A DNA stretch of 64,000 bases from Diadema antillarum (taxonomy: Eukaryota): the NCBI RefSeq assembly GCF_040938485.1, contig NW_027271382.1, forward strand, positions 558,001 to 622,000, read 5' to 3'. Positions 12,501-26,066 of this stretch are shown piece after piece. Position numbers and translations under genes: made by a program. The notes below the pieces were generated by a model. It was not told where the DNA came from. It made no database searches and was given only the letters and a program-made list of their open reading frames with translations. Every line of letters starts with the position of its first letter. Position 1 is the first letter of the stretch.

Positions 12501-13093
12501 GTATCCATCATATCTACCTCGGCCGGGTCCGCTATGGTTTGCTTTACACCGCAACGCTAGGTCTGAATATATTTAGCTGGTTCATGGATCTGTTCCGCAT
12601 TCCCTTCCTGGTTTGGAAGGCGAACAAGGAGGTAAAACTCCTCAAACAGGGCGGGTCCCTCGACCCTCCTCGGTACTCACTCCTCGATGCCTACCTCCTT
12701 CACATGCCGCTTGGACTTCTTGGTCTCCACCATTTTTACCTCCGGAACTACAGCAGGGGAATTCTGTATCTCTTCACCCTGGGCGTCTTCGGGCTGGGCT
12801 GGCTGGCCGACCTCTTCCAGATGCCCCTGCTCGTAAGTGAGGCCAACAAGAACCTGGACTTACAGGAGCGGGTTGGGTACGTCATCAACGCGCAGGGGGT
12901 TATGCCCGCAACTACAAGTACTGTTATCGTGGTAACGAACAATGCCCCTAATGACCAGCCGAATAGGTACGGCGTCGAACCACCGCCACCGTATGCTCCC
13001 CAAGCCTCAGGAATGCAGACGGTGCTACCTCCTCCTCCAGCTCCTACGCAACCATATGCAACGACAACTTACCCGCCTCCCGCGGTAGCCTAA
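12501..13093 (+). CDS. Triple-TM2-domain membrane protein, gene B, exon 2
   Basis: TTCAG| acceptor at 12500; G|IHHIYLGR; GLHHFYL; EPPPPY; TAA at 13091-13093. Confidence 0.9.
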
Positions 13094-13889
13094 ACCGATA
13101 GCAACTCAAAACTTTAAAAAAGAATACTTAAAACAAAACCTGTTTAAGAAACTGTGATGCCTGAAGACCAATAACATTATTGATTTAATGATCGGCGCTG
13201 ACATTAACTAGCATGGATGAAGCAGTCTGCTTATAATGTCATGATCACTCATCAATCGGCCTGTAAAACCATGATACAATTAAGATTAGCGGATTTGTAA
13301 GGGTAGATTTATGCTCTCATCGTCAGAACATGACATCGCGTTGTTTTTAATCTCTGCAGTTATCAGTTTTGGTTTCAGACAGATAAATTCTTGCAAAAAA
13401 ATCTTCCATATTCTCTGATGTTTACAGTTATGAAGAGGATTCGTTGGAACTGTGATTGCACATGTTTGTGTATGGTATGAGATATACATGTATATCTATA
13501 TTAGTTTGCCGTACAACCCAAACTATAGTATCTGCTAAAAGAACCCAAAATCAATGTATCTACCATGTCTACTATGTCCTTGATGGCATAATGTTAATAT
13601 AGGAATTATTTATTATTTCAAAGCAGTAGTCTTGCTGTCAACAATCAAAAGATTCTGATTAAATGTATCTGTTATTTTGCACTGTACACACAGCATTGAC
13701 AGCATTTTGATATTGCGATGTATAACGGGATGTCCTTGATTTGTTTCATTTAATTAAATTCCATTCATTAATCTAATCACGGTACATACTTCAGTCCGGA
13801 GACTTTCCTGACTGTTCTTCCGCAGGTCTGTGCGGATATGATACAACATAAATAAATGTTGAATTAATTGTTGTACAATGTAATTTGTT

Positions 13890-13990
13890 GCAGGGCTACA
13901 AGAATAACACTGATTGGGCTGCCTTGGGTAAAGAATTCTGAATGAATGAATAAAAAGATAGATAGATAAATAAAAGAATGAATGAATGAA
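13890..13990 (+). mobile_element. Possible 5'-truncated LINE/SINE 3' tail
   Basis: GCAGGG...GGGCTGCCTTGGGTAAA followed by a (TGAA/TAAA)n tail resembles 56355-56513. It lies in a segment not shared with duplicate copy 1. Confidence 0.3.
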
Positions 13991-15834
13991 TTAATTAATT
14001 GATTAATCATTGAATACACTTTTCTAGAATAAAATACAATGGTAAACAAAACGAACAAAATAATTTAGGAATACAGGGTACTTTCTATGTTTAAAGTGCA
14101 ATGGTATTATTACTGCGAAAAAATTGAAATAAATTATGTTGCCTATAATGATAATGTTCTTGATTCATGGTCTTGACTGTAGATTTTCTTTTAATCAACT
14201 CAGTTTTCTTTCTTTTTAATTTGGAAATATGTAATGCATCACTAATTCGCCACACAGTTACTTCTATAAATATGCAAAACACTGTTGCTTGTCTTGTTTT
14301 ATCCAGTAGCACAAGTACTAGATTCAAACAAAATCCGGTCTCTGCGATTCGTTTACGACCTGAAGAAGAAAAGTTAAGAAATTTTTGAAAGAGAGATATC
14401 AAATGTTAATTCTTTAAAAAAAGAGAAAGAAAAATGATAATGTTCATATCTTTATTGAATGCTAATGTTTATGTAAAAAGTTATGAAATATCTATGGCAC
14501 ATTTTGTCCTAAAGGAGATCACGTGTGTGTGGTTGAATGTTTTTGTATGCGGCTGCTCATGAAAGTGTAATATATTTTTTTCTAATCTAAGTTTGCAATA
14601 ACAAGAAAAGTGGGAGACATGAGAAATATATATCATCCATTATTTTTAAACAGTGTTTTATGCAAAATAGGAAAACCATATAGCGCTGATGAATTTCAAT
14701 GAATTAATTGCTCAAATGGAAATCGTAACTATGGTGTCTCAATAGACGAGAGAAGCCTAACCAAAAAAAAAGAAAAACGCATACATGAGGGAAATCAAAT
14801 ACTATGAAGTTTGGAAATATAGCCAACACAGAATTACATGTATACATTATTTGTATCTACTATCATTATTGCCAGTTAATGAATATACGATATAAATTAT
14901 CATCAACATTTCTTAATAATTAAAGCAATAAACTATGAAATCTATCACAGTAGTAGCACATAATAAAAGTACTTAAAAAAGGAACCTTACATCATCTTGT
15001 GCCTTAAATGAGTTTGTCGCCCCAGTAACGTTAGGTGCGTATGCTTTTATTGTATGCCGCCTCGTGCAAACAATAAAAACCACACGTGACAGTGTACATC
15101 GCGTGCAGTGGAAAGGAGCAAAGGGCGTTTCTCAGCAAACACATTTCGTATTAACTTTATTAAGCTGTGGGCTATCGATTCAGCCAAATTTGTCTGTGCG
15201 AACGATTCGCCGTGCTACGAGAAGACGTCTGAGGTACGAAGATATGAAACCTAAGGTCATACACCCCCTCTTCGAAGGAATAATGATAATAATGATAATA
15301 GTGCTGAAAGATTCGCCATATTTCGCGATCTCCACCATGCAATTTTTTTTCCCATATTGGTTATGTTTCTAACACTTCCCGCGCAGAAGTTGCCCAATAT
15401 TTATTCTTTTTGAATGAAAGCAAAAAATGAAAAATAAAATGAATAAATAAATGAATAAATGAAAGAATGAATGAATATATCAGAACCCATATGTACATAG
15501 GAAAACGTGCAAATGACGTCATGACAGCGGAACGTGAGTACTATTGTAATATATTTCCATAATGCTTTCGAGTTTGTCAATTGTCATCTTCTTCAGTCAT
15601 GCTTTAGTGTTCCTGTTGTCACTGTATATCTTCTGAGTATCCTGTTCACTGCGCACACCAACTGGAAGAAGCGATACATACACCACATGACTGACGTGTA
15701 ATGCATTATTCTGTATTTGAAGGAGATTGCCGCCAATCATACCTCTTTCTCTGCAAGGGTCAGTTTGTCTGTAGACAGTTTATACATCATTATGACATTT
15801 TTCTGTACCTATATTGACACTAAAAGCACCGTAT

Positions 15835-16022
15835 TAGAGCAATTACCCCCCCCCCCCCCCGCATTTACCCCGGCTGAAAAGTGGTTAGTGGTAAGGTTAG
15901 AGTAAAGATTAGGGTTAGGTTTAGGGTTAGAGTTTGGGTTAGGGTTAAGATTAGGTTCAGGATTAGGATTAGGGCTATAAAGGGAAGGGTCAGGGGTAGT
16001 TGCCCAGGGGGTAATTGCCCTA
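15835..16022. mobile_element. MITE-like element with a degenerate TTAGGG core
   Basis: TAGAGCAATTACCCC is inverted as GGGGTAATTGCCCTA (1 mismatch in 15). The centre is made of TTAGGG variants (~15885-15975). Confidence 0.6.
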
Positions 16023-17049
16023 GACCCCAAAGCACACAATGGGTTACTCAAGAAGAAGGTAACACAGAACCATGATCGTTAGAATTAACTACACGACGCC
16101 ATACGGTTTTCCTCCCGTGACGTTCTTCAACTGTTTTTTTTTCTTCGCTGAGAGGGGAAGCTTTCTTGCATAATTAATTTATCCTTTGATTCTGCAATTC
16201 AATTTACTCAAAATTATTAAAAAAAAGATAACAAGATGAAACATCCGGATACATCTCAATATTTGGACTTCTAACAGAAAGTCTAATTTACCAAGACACT
16301 TGGAAATTTGGCGTAGTTACTCGTTAGCAAGATATTGTTATTGTAGCTATCTGCAACAGAAATACGAGTTGTGGAGACATCATATTAATTCATATCCACT
16401 GTCAAAACCAATGTTGTATTACGCTATCTTACTTTCTGATAATCAAATTGAGGAAATCAAAGGAGTCATGAACAAGGATGCAAGGATCTTCTATCTTTCC
16501 TAAATTCTTTGAACACTTAGTCGAAGAGTAATCGATCACGTGTTCTGAACTTTAGTGCGCATTATATGATAAACTGCTTGCTGCTGTTACTTATACTTTA
16601 TGTTTTATGTATATAAGATATTGTTGTTGGTTGAAAATGGAAGGCCATAGTTCATAACTGTAATTCCTGTTCTGTTGAGAGTAGTTATTTGGTTCGGGGC
16701 GTTTCTTTTGTTTTATTAAAATCTTAATGTTGATATGCAAACGATCGAGGGTTTCTATAAAGAAAACCACACAGGAAGAAAAGACACGAAGAACATGGCA
16801 ATTTGAGACATTAACCATGACCGTGTCGGCGTAAATCGCGTTGTACACTAATTTACCTCATAAAAATACGGCAACCTGACCTTTATTCTCTATTTCCCAG
16901 GGTCTTTGCAAGTAAACGGACAGACTTAGAAAAAAAAATCACATGCGCGGTATTCAGTATTCAATATATACGTCATAGCTATGTTTTGAGGATCACGTCA
17001 CTATCTCACCCACCCACGTGATAATAGCAAACAGTGAGATTGTTTGGCA

Positions 17050-17055
17050 TATAAA
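17050..17055 (+). promoter_or_regulatory. Possible TATA box upstream of gene C
   Basis: TATAAA ~205 bp upstream of the ATG at 17261; motif only. Confidence 0.25.
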
Positions 17056-17260
17056 TGCAGAATCACAGGAAGGGCATTAACATATTCGATCCGCGCGCTG
17101 ACTTCGGCCATTCGCCGACATTGACATTGCGTGTTGGATCGTTTTGGTATATATATCGTTGCAAGCAAGACAACAACTGCTGAGTTCGGCAAAATTCAGG
17201 AGTTTTTACGTTACCCTTTCTCAACTTTCGGTGAAATAAGTTGTCGGAAATAGGAGGAGA

Positions 17261-17843
17261 ATGGCGTCGAAAAATGGCGTACCACAAGGAGGGGTGGAGG
17301 CAGGGAACCCATATCCGCCACAAGCAACATCTTACCCACATCCATCCGGGTATCAGCAAACTACCCAATATCCTTACCCGTCTTCCCAGCCCCATGAACA
17401 GGTGCAGCAACAGCCACAGCATCATTTGGAGCAACATCCGCAACATCTGCACCAACACCAGCAACAGCAGACCAAGGCGCCCCAGTTCCAGGCCGACCAG
17501 GTGACCATCCTCCCATTCCACGCGCAACCATCTCAAATGACGAAGTCTACCACACTGGCCGTCGTTCTCTGCATCCCAATCCTCGGCATCTTTGGCCTCC
17601 ACCACTTCTATCTCAACAGGACCTACTTCGGCTACATCTACGCTTTCACCCTGGGCATCTTTGGCATGGGCTGGATCCTCGACTGGTTCCGCATCAAATC
17701 CTTGGTCCGCACCTGTAACCAGGAGACGCGCGAAGCGCAGATTCGCGGTTACACTCTGTACAGCAACAGGTTTCCATTTCCTCTGACAAAAGTGACACTT
17801 TGGGACGCCTTTCTTCTATGGCTACCTCCAGTAGGCCTCATGG
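17261..17843 (+). CDS. Triple-TM2-domain membrane protein, gene C, exon 1 (join 17261..17843,18644..19281; 406 aa)
   Basis: ATG at 17261; Y/P/Q/H-rich N-terminus; KSTTLAVVLCIPILGIFGLHHFYLNR; DAFLLWLPPVGLMG|; phase-1 donor G|GTAAGA. Confidence 0.9.
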
Positions 17844-18643
17844 GTAAGATTTAATAAGTATTTCTACATTATCTACAAATAAAAAAGAATACAACAACAC
17901 TTTTATTTGCTACTCAGAAGATGCATCAAATGACAAATTACAGTACTCATCCAAGTAGGAGCGGAATGAATGTTCATTTAATGTTTAGTTGAAGGTTGAA
18001 ATGGTAAAAAAAAAACTACCAACGAAAATTAAATCTTGAATTGTCAAACACATAACAAAGCAGAATGTAGCAATCGACAAAGCAGTGTCACTGTACTGGG
18101 GTATTTACATTACGCAGTGTTTAAATCTTTGTCTGCGTTGAGTGCCAATAATATTGGCCAGGCAACTCTATTGCATTGTACACGCTGTCCAAAGTCCCCG
18201 GCACAGATAGAGTTAAAAAGTAGGGGTGCCTATTGCAGAATTGTGACACAGAGAAACCCTAATGCAAGTAAAGATTGGAGCTGATGCATGTTATAAGTGA
18301 GAATTATGACGACATGTTTCGTTGTAAACGATTGAAAAACTCAGTTTTCCACTCCCGAGATCATAAAAGCATAGAATATCAAGTGCATGAACAATGAGTG
18401 CCCGTCCGGTAAAATAGATAAAGAACTTCTCTTAAGATTTTCATCCACTTGAATCATGATAAATAGAATTCATTCATACTTCTTATATGTACTGAACAAT
18501 ATATTTATTGATTGGTACATTGATGTGTGACTGCATTTGAGCAAATCTCTACATGTAAGTGATGCGACATAATTTAATCAGCTAAAGGAAAGTAACGCCT
18601 GACACCAATTTTCTTCAATTTTTCTTTTCTCTATCTCTTGTAG

Positions 18644-19281
18644 GCTTCTACCAGTTCTATCTAGGCCGTACCCACATCGGCATGTATCACTCATTCACTC
18701 TCGGTCGCTTGGGTATCGGCTGGCTCTTCGACTTGTTCCGACTTCCCGCCTTCGTGCGCAAGGCCAACGAGCAGATAGCCATGATGAAAAACGGCATCCG
18801 CGTGCCAGACGACCGCTACACCTTCTGCGATGCCTTCACCCTGGCCTTCCCGTTGGGGATCTTTGGACTACATCACTTTTATCTGGGAAACACCAAGCGG
18901 GGTTTCCTCTTCCTCTGCACTCTCGGAGTCTTCGGGCTCGGCTGGCTCGCAGACTTGTTCCAGATGCCGATGCTCGTCTCCGAGGCTAATAAGAACAGAG
19001 AGTTGAGGCAGCGCCTCAACTGCGCCTTGGTCAACAATGCCGCCAACGCTGCCCCGGCGAGCACGGTGGTCGTGATGTCTTCCAATCAGGGCTACCAGGG
19101 CGGGCCAAACGACGTCGGCGGTGGGCAAATGCTGCATGAGCCACCTCCAGCCTACTCAATGCAAGCAGCAGCCGGCGAGAGAATCGTTCAGGGGGCCAGC
19201 GGCGGCAGCGGTGGAGATGCTGCAGCATCGTCCAACTTTCAAGATGTTCCCCTGACAAAAGAAAATGGATTTGTTGCTTGA
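18644..19281 (+). CDS. Triple-TM2-domain membrane protein, gene C, exon 2
   Basis: Pyrimidine tract plus TAG| acceptor at 18643; G|FYQFYLGRTH in frame with ORF 18682-19281; GLHHFYLGN; EPPPAY; TGA. Confidence 0.9.
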
Positions 19282-20312
19282 GTTTGGGGAAAATCCGAGG
19301 CGTTCTGGCCCGAAGTGAGGCAATATACTGTCTTCGGTCGAGATATCGCAAGTTTCGTAGCCAGGCGTAGTACCATGCATTCACACTTTAGATGGCTACA
19401 TTGTCAAAGCGCCACACTGCAGTGAAACAAAGTAATTTGCTACGCATCACTACACGATGACAAGAAATAAAAATAGTAAACGGACAATTTCAAGTTACCA
19501 TCTAAACTTCTGCAACTACTCGAAAATGTCCGATAAAATATTCTCGACTGAGGTAATTTTTGGTGATGCGAGTTTACGTTGCTGTCTGAGTGGTAGTATG
19601 GTTCGTTTCAATAGTGATCACCTGCTGGTGATGTAGAAGTGCAGCTGTCATCATTGCGTCAGTACTTCATATTTCACAATTAAAAAACAACAGCATTCCA
19701 CTGATTTACTGCTTGTTAAAAGTCAATTAAAGACATTGCAATGTTGTGATCGTTTCAAGAATGTGTAGATGTATAGATATCAAGTTATGTGTACATACAT
19801 TGTTCTGTAAATATGCTATGAAGGTTTGCGGAGAATTGTAAATGGAAGATAGTGCAAGGCTGGGATCGCTTCAAAAATTTGTAGATGTGTATATACCCTC
19901 ATTACATGTATATGAATTGTTCTGTAAAATATTCTAAGAAAGTTTTCAGAAAACAGTTACACTTTTCACGGATACGTTTGTCATGTTTGTTCCTTGGCCT
20001 GGTAAGGGGTACAAAGTCTTACTATATACATGTATTCATCTTCATAGTATCATCTGTTGTCATAACTCCTCCTCGTTGTTTGTGGTCATGAAAAGATATC
20101 AGTAAATGAATTAAAGTACATACAAATGTACAAGTCCGGAAAAAGTAAGTTTAACTTTGTACATAATTTGTAAACTGTCTGTATCTCCAAGTTAATACAA
20201 CTAACAATTGTTCAATGTAAGTATTATTTAAGATGTGTACACTTGTGTCAAAGTAGTGTATCCGTTTCAATCGATATTGTTCTCCTTCAGGACTCGTAAC
20301 TTAACAAGATAA

Positions 20313-20315
<3 letters not shown>

Positions 20316-20347
<32 letters not shown>
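20316..20347. repeat. (AT)n microsatellite; others at ~21280-21320 and ~58416-58449; (GT)n at ~20618-20647
   Basis: Read directly. Confidence 0.9.
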
Positions 20348-20352
<5 letters not shown>

Positions 20353-20615
20353 TTTTTTTTGGCTCCTAGGCTGTCTCAGAAGTATGAACAATTTTTCTAA
20401 CGTTGATATCAAGACTATGTCCGCGAACGAATATAAGAAGATAAGTGGATAACATTTTTCCGCATTTAACCGCTATGAAATGGACTTGAAAACTATATGT
20501 GATGCATTTTCAGGTATTAAACGACGCTGTTGCAAATGCGGAATGTTAGACATCTGTTAGACCTGCCATTGTTGTTTAACACTTTCTACAGTGATATAAT
20601 AATGTGCGTGAATGC

Positions 20616-20650
<35 letters not shown>

Positions 20651-21278
20651 TGTCTATGGGTGTGTAAAATCTCAGTGCATTGTAATGTTCTCAATATCAT
20701 CTCTGTTAGTTAAAGAAGGGAATTGTTACTCCTTTGAAAAAGGATTTGTGTTTTCGTCTTTCTTGATGGCATATTCTCTTACAAAATTAATTGAAAAGGA
20801 TAAGTTGAATGCAAATTGCTCCAACAGAAAATGGGTCATTTATAGGCTCCAATTGAGAGTTTTAAAAGTACACAAAGAATAAATTATATCTCTAACAAAA
20901 CACTGAGGATTCTTGCAAGAGTAAACAATAAATGTTGTAGTGTGAGTTGTGTCATGCATACCGCAGTCGCTCTGATTAAAACTACGTTTTTTGTTTTAAA
21001 CGATGTATTGCATTTCCGTATGGCCTTGTCATCGTCTTCTATAATCTGTTTATGAAAACGAGTATTTGTATTCTTATGATGATGTATGATGAAAAATGAA
21101 TCCAGAGAAGAAATAAATGGAATGAAAAAAAAAAGAACAGAGAAGCCAATAACCTCTCAAGCCAGTTCCAATTAACGAATCTTCAGGGAAAACTTTTATG
21201 TTCCCAATGTTGGACACATTTACTATCTTCACAGGAAGATGATATCTTATGTGTGTGTGTGTGTGTGAGAGAGAGATA

Positions 21279-21324
<46 letters not shown>

Positions 21325-22782
21325 CAAATGTGTGTTAATATAATCTAGTACATAGTTGTATACATTTTGTGCCAGATATTGAACTGATTGCATCTTATCC
21401 CTTCATATTTGTCCTCCGTCATGTACCAAAATGTTACATGATTGTAATTTGCATAATCTTTTTTTATGCCTTCTCACAAGGCATTGGTGATTTTTTTAAG
21501 CACTTAACTTCACCTGATATGGCAAAGTCGCACATGTTTAATTTAGTAAAACGGCAAAAAGGAACGTTGGCATTTTGATAATTAAATGTCATCCTATGAG
21601 ATCTGCTGGTAGTTATTGCAACTAAATAATGGATTGCCCAACAACGACGTATTAATATGCACCGATTAAATCAGTCTTTTAGTAGTAGCAAAAAAAAAAA
21701 ATGGGATTACATTATCTATTGAATTCGCACCAAACGATCTCCTGATCTCCGGACAGGCGTCTTATCCACTTTACCAGGGGACAGCCAGTGCTGGTTCTAA
21801 TCCTTGTAGCATTTTATTCAAATGAAGGAATTCTTGCATCGAGTTGTTTTTTATTCCAACGTTTTGATAAATTACCCTTCATCAACGTAAATATTTTAAA
21901 GCAATGCGACAATCAATCAGCCAATTTGTCTGCACATCCAAGTTTGCATTCATGCCAAAACATAAGCACATTCAAAAGTGCCCACATTTGTTTTTCTCAT
22001 ACACTAACATGTTGATAAATATTCACAGTGATCACACCGACACTAATTTTGCAAAGTACAAGTAACCTGTGTCTCACATACCAAAACGCTTTGAGTTTAT
22101 CAACTTGGGTGACAATGAATGCTCCACAAACATTCTTTCTTTTCACGAAGTTTCAGGTATACATTTTCAAGAGTGCATTCATAGGATGGTCTACGGTATA
22201 TCTAGATCCAAATAAAGGATAGCAACTGCACCTCTACAATGTATATCAAATAAAGGCGTTAAGACTGCGATATTTTGGTTCAACTTCCCTCCATGAATCA
22301 CACAATCTTCACACAATCATCCTATACCAATAATCATATTATGCACGACGAAGAGACGTTGCGGTTTTTAAATCACAAGGAAAGGAAAATAATTGCGTTT
22401 CAAAAATTAATACTGTATCATTCAATCTAGTGCTCTTACTTCTGCTGGTACAAATCATGCAGATTGTGATAACAGTTACAGAACAGTGATTAAGGTTACA
22501 CAGGTGGGACCCACAATCTACAAGATTCATTTTAGTGGGTCCCCTATCTCCACCTTCTAATTTATTCATCACCAAGATGCCCTATTTCTGATATCCCCAT
22601 CAAAAGTATACAGTAATGTACCCTCTCTTTATTGATTGGTAATGTTGATATTTTGTTAATTTCACTCACAAAAATGAAACTTGAACTTGAAATAAGGTTG
22701 CACTGGTGTTTATATATTGCTCGCCTATAGTCTTTGGATGGAGGATTTACAAAGTAAGTATATTGTTGCCGACTTTGTTAAT

Positions 22783-23296
22783 ACACTGCAGAAAGATCTG
22801 TGTTAGTTTTGGCACCACGCGTGTTAATACAAAGTGATAGGGACCCCACCGAAAGGTGTAGAAAGTATGTTGCGATGGTGTTGAAAAGTGTACACCTGAC
22901 ACTTCATGGTGTTAATTAGACACTGTAGCTGGTGATATTTTTGACACTGCGCTGGTGTCAATTCAACAACGACACTACATAGTATTGATATGACATTGCC
23001 GGTGTTAATTTCAGTCGTATAACACCTGCCCAGTGTGAATAAGATCAAAGCAACTCGCATTATTGTAGTGTAAATGTGTTCATAATTTTCCCCTAGAAAT
23101 CAAGTACTTTATCGAGAAGCATTCATTTTGTTGAAGTTCAAAATCAACAAGAAGAACAGAAACTAATTACCTATCAAAGCAAAAGTTTTATATTTTGAAG
23201 TGACACCCATGTGTGTCAATGTAACACCACAAACGAGCACCGGGAATTTAACACAGGCTCGGTATTTCATATTGAACACCCGACGTTTTGTAGTGT
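22783..23296. mobile_element. MITE-like element with ACACT(G/A)CA ends
   Basis: ACACTGCAGAAA at the left and TTTTGTAGTGT at the right form short imperfect inverted ends. The interior has many GGTGT/ACACC motifs. Confidence 0.4.
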
Positions 23297-24110
23297 GGCG
23301 GTGGGAGAAGTACTAATTAATTTCATTTCTATTTTGTAATTGCTGGCCCAATGATTTGTGAAGTAACCAGAGTGCTGTCATCACTATCATCAAGTAGCCA
23401 TTTCCCATTGATTCCCCAACCCATGCATTACAAGAGTGCAAGGACTTAGAAAGAGGCATACCAGTATATTATGCATTCAATTGTATGCACAAGATAATAC
23501 ACTCATACATACACACATGTAATACACACATACACAAATACACATTCTTAAACACAAACACAAGCACATAGGTATACTGTGCACCTACATGAAAATTCGT
23601 TTGTACCGTCCAATATTTTGTGCCATCCATGTCACAAAGAAATCTGACCCAAACTGTATATCATGTTCCACATTCAACTTGACGACATGCTTGAAATATC
23701 ACAAAGCGAGCTCCATACTCAGAATGGGGTGAGGTTAACAACCCATATGAGATTACCGTTATCGTACCGGTTATACTGGGTACGTGAAAAGACAGCTATA
23801 TCAAACATGCATGGGCTCTGAACAATTATAGCTATCAATCATTTTCCAGCAAACACACCGCATTGTCGTCGTTATTAATATCTTGTCGCATTAGCGTACA
23901 TTGTGTGTATACTGACTGACGTGCATGTTTATACAGCACACGGAAACACATCAAACATTATGGCGCGTTTATAAAGCTCATCTTCTTCATTACTAAATTC
24001 ATGATCTTAAAAAAAGCAATTAAATTTGTGAGTGGGAATCATGTGCCACCTGAATAGATGGGAGATGGTCGTTATAAATTCCGGGAGGAGTCTACCGTCG
24101 TACTGCAGAC

Positions 24111-25387
24111 ATGAAGAGAGTAGAGCCACCATTAAAATCTAGTCTTCAAAACCATCGATTGGGCTATCACGAAAGGAGTGTCCGAGACTCTCATCAGCGG
24201 GAGACCACACCTCTCCACCAGCCTGACCAGCAGGTCACCGTGGTACCCTTTGACTCCAAGCCCGGCGGTCTCAATAAGTCCACCATTCTCGCAGCGGTCC
24301 TTTGCGTACCTATTGTCGGCCTGTTTGGACTCCACCACTTCTACCTGAAGAGAGGTTTCTTCGGATGGGTCTACGTCTGCACCCTCGGGCTCTGTGGGCT
24401 GGGCTGGCTGGTCGACTGCTTCCGCATCAGATCCCTGGTAGCCAATTGCAACGATTACCAACACGAGGCTCATTTAAGGGGATTCCATCTGTACAGTAGT
24501 AGATATCCTGGGCCATTGCACAGTATTTCCCTTTTGGATGCTTATCTACTGTGGCTGCCTCCAGTTGGTCTGCTTGGTAAGCTCAGGAAGGTGAAGTGAG
24601 ACTAAAACTAAACTTTTTATTAATGCACTTTCATTCTTGGGGGAAAAGGATCAAATTTCAGAACTGTTTGAGTAAAAATTAACCGTCCATGCAACAAGTA
24701 ACTGATGGAGAACAACTAGCATGTGCGCACTCAGTCCCAAAACTAACATTTCGTTTTTTAGTTTGTTTTGTATTTGAAAGGTAACAAAATAAAGAACTTC
24801 ACTTATATTAACGAGGATATGAACAGAAATGTCTGTGTCTTCAGTTCAGTGCAAGTGTTCTGAAATAAGGAGGTTTAGAGCACATCGTCAATGTCCATAT
24901 TTCCCTCTGCAGGTTTATATCATCGCTATCTGGGCGTCGGCGAATCGCGATCTTCCACTTACTGACGTTGGGTCGCGTAGCCTTCGGATGGCTCATCGAC
25001 TTCGGTCGTCTTCCATCCATGGTGCGCCGCGCAAATAGCGACATCAAGACAATGACGAGGGGAGGTCACGTGACCGAGGAGTGCTACTCGCTGTGCGACG
25101 CGTACACCTTGGCCATTCCTCTGGGCTTTCTGGGACTCCACCACTTCTATCTCGGGAACACCAGGCGAGGGGTCTTCTTTCTCGTCACCTTGGGCGTGGC
25201 CGGTCTCGGCTGGCTGGCGGATATCTATCGGATGCCGTTGCTGGTATCAGAGGCAAACAGCGATAGTGAGATAAAGCAGCGGCTCCTCGTCGATACTGAC
25301 GGCGACCACGAAGGCCGCTCTTCGACAACAATGTGCACCACGTCGATTGTGGATCAGAACTTACATTGCACTTATGGACTATATTAA
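24111..25387 (+). pseudogene. Triple-TM2 paralog gene D (exons 24111..24576, 24913..25387) with a 1-nt frameshift at ~24932-24934; pseudogene or assembly error
   Basis: Exon 1 is intact (GLHHFYLKR, DAYLLWLPPVGLLG|GTAAG). After the TGCAG| acceptor it reads G|LYHRYL then stops at TGA 24963-24965. The homologous RRRIAIFHLLTLGRVAFGWLIDF continues in another frame from 24935. One extra base would give 313 aa. No PPxY motif. Confidence 0.8.
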
Positions 25388-26066
25388 AGTAACCAAAAAC
25401 AGACATATAAAGATTGTTTGATGTCCAGCGACTATCTTTGTTGTCAATAACATATAATTTTCGTTTTATGTAAATTGCTACAATTTGATGACCCAGGAAA
25501 CACACCATATAACATAATTATAGCATATAAAAGCATTATAGTAAGAATGACGAAGAACCACTGATACGTGATAAAATGCTGATATCGCAGATGATAACAC
25601 TGTAATAGTCAATTTCGGCTCTGTGTTAAACATAAGCATGGAGCAATTAAAAGAATTTAGTCACAATTGTTATAATTTATCAGTTACAAAAACACTTTCT
25701 CATTCGCCTTTTGCAATTAAAGCACCATTTTTTCTCCAACCTGACTTGTCACGAGTGAAAATCTTTAAAACTAATCAATGTAATACACAGCCATGCACAG
25801 GACCCGGGTATATATAGCTATGAGCGTGCAAAGCATTTATCTAACCATGGGTTAATAATTGGCCAGATGTGGACCATTGCCCCCTATAAGAGCTCGACCA
25901 GATCATTACACGCCCCTCGCCGTCAGCGCACGTAGGATTGATGTCATTTTCTAAAGTCAGGAATGAGATATAGATTTAAGGCGTACACGCATGACAGGGT
26001 GCTACAGCAGTAAAGTTGCTTCACACTTGTGCTATCTACGAGGTCTACCTCACTCCATGTACGACC

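Larger units (their letters stand above)
4778..14834 (+). repeat. Tandem segmental duplication: copy 1 ~4778-9289, copy 2 ~9288-14834
   Basis: ATGTAAACCCA(C/T)CTAA starts both copies (4778, 9288) and AGCCAA(T/C)ACAGAAT ends both (~9289, ~14834). Promoter, exons, intron and 3' flank are collinear. Confidence 0.9.
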
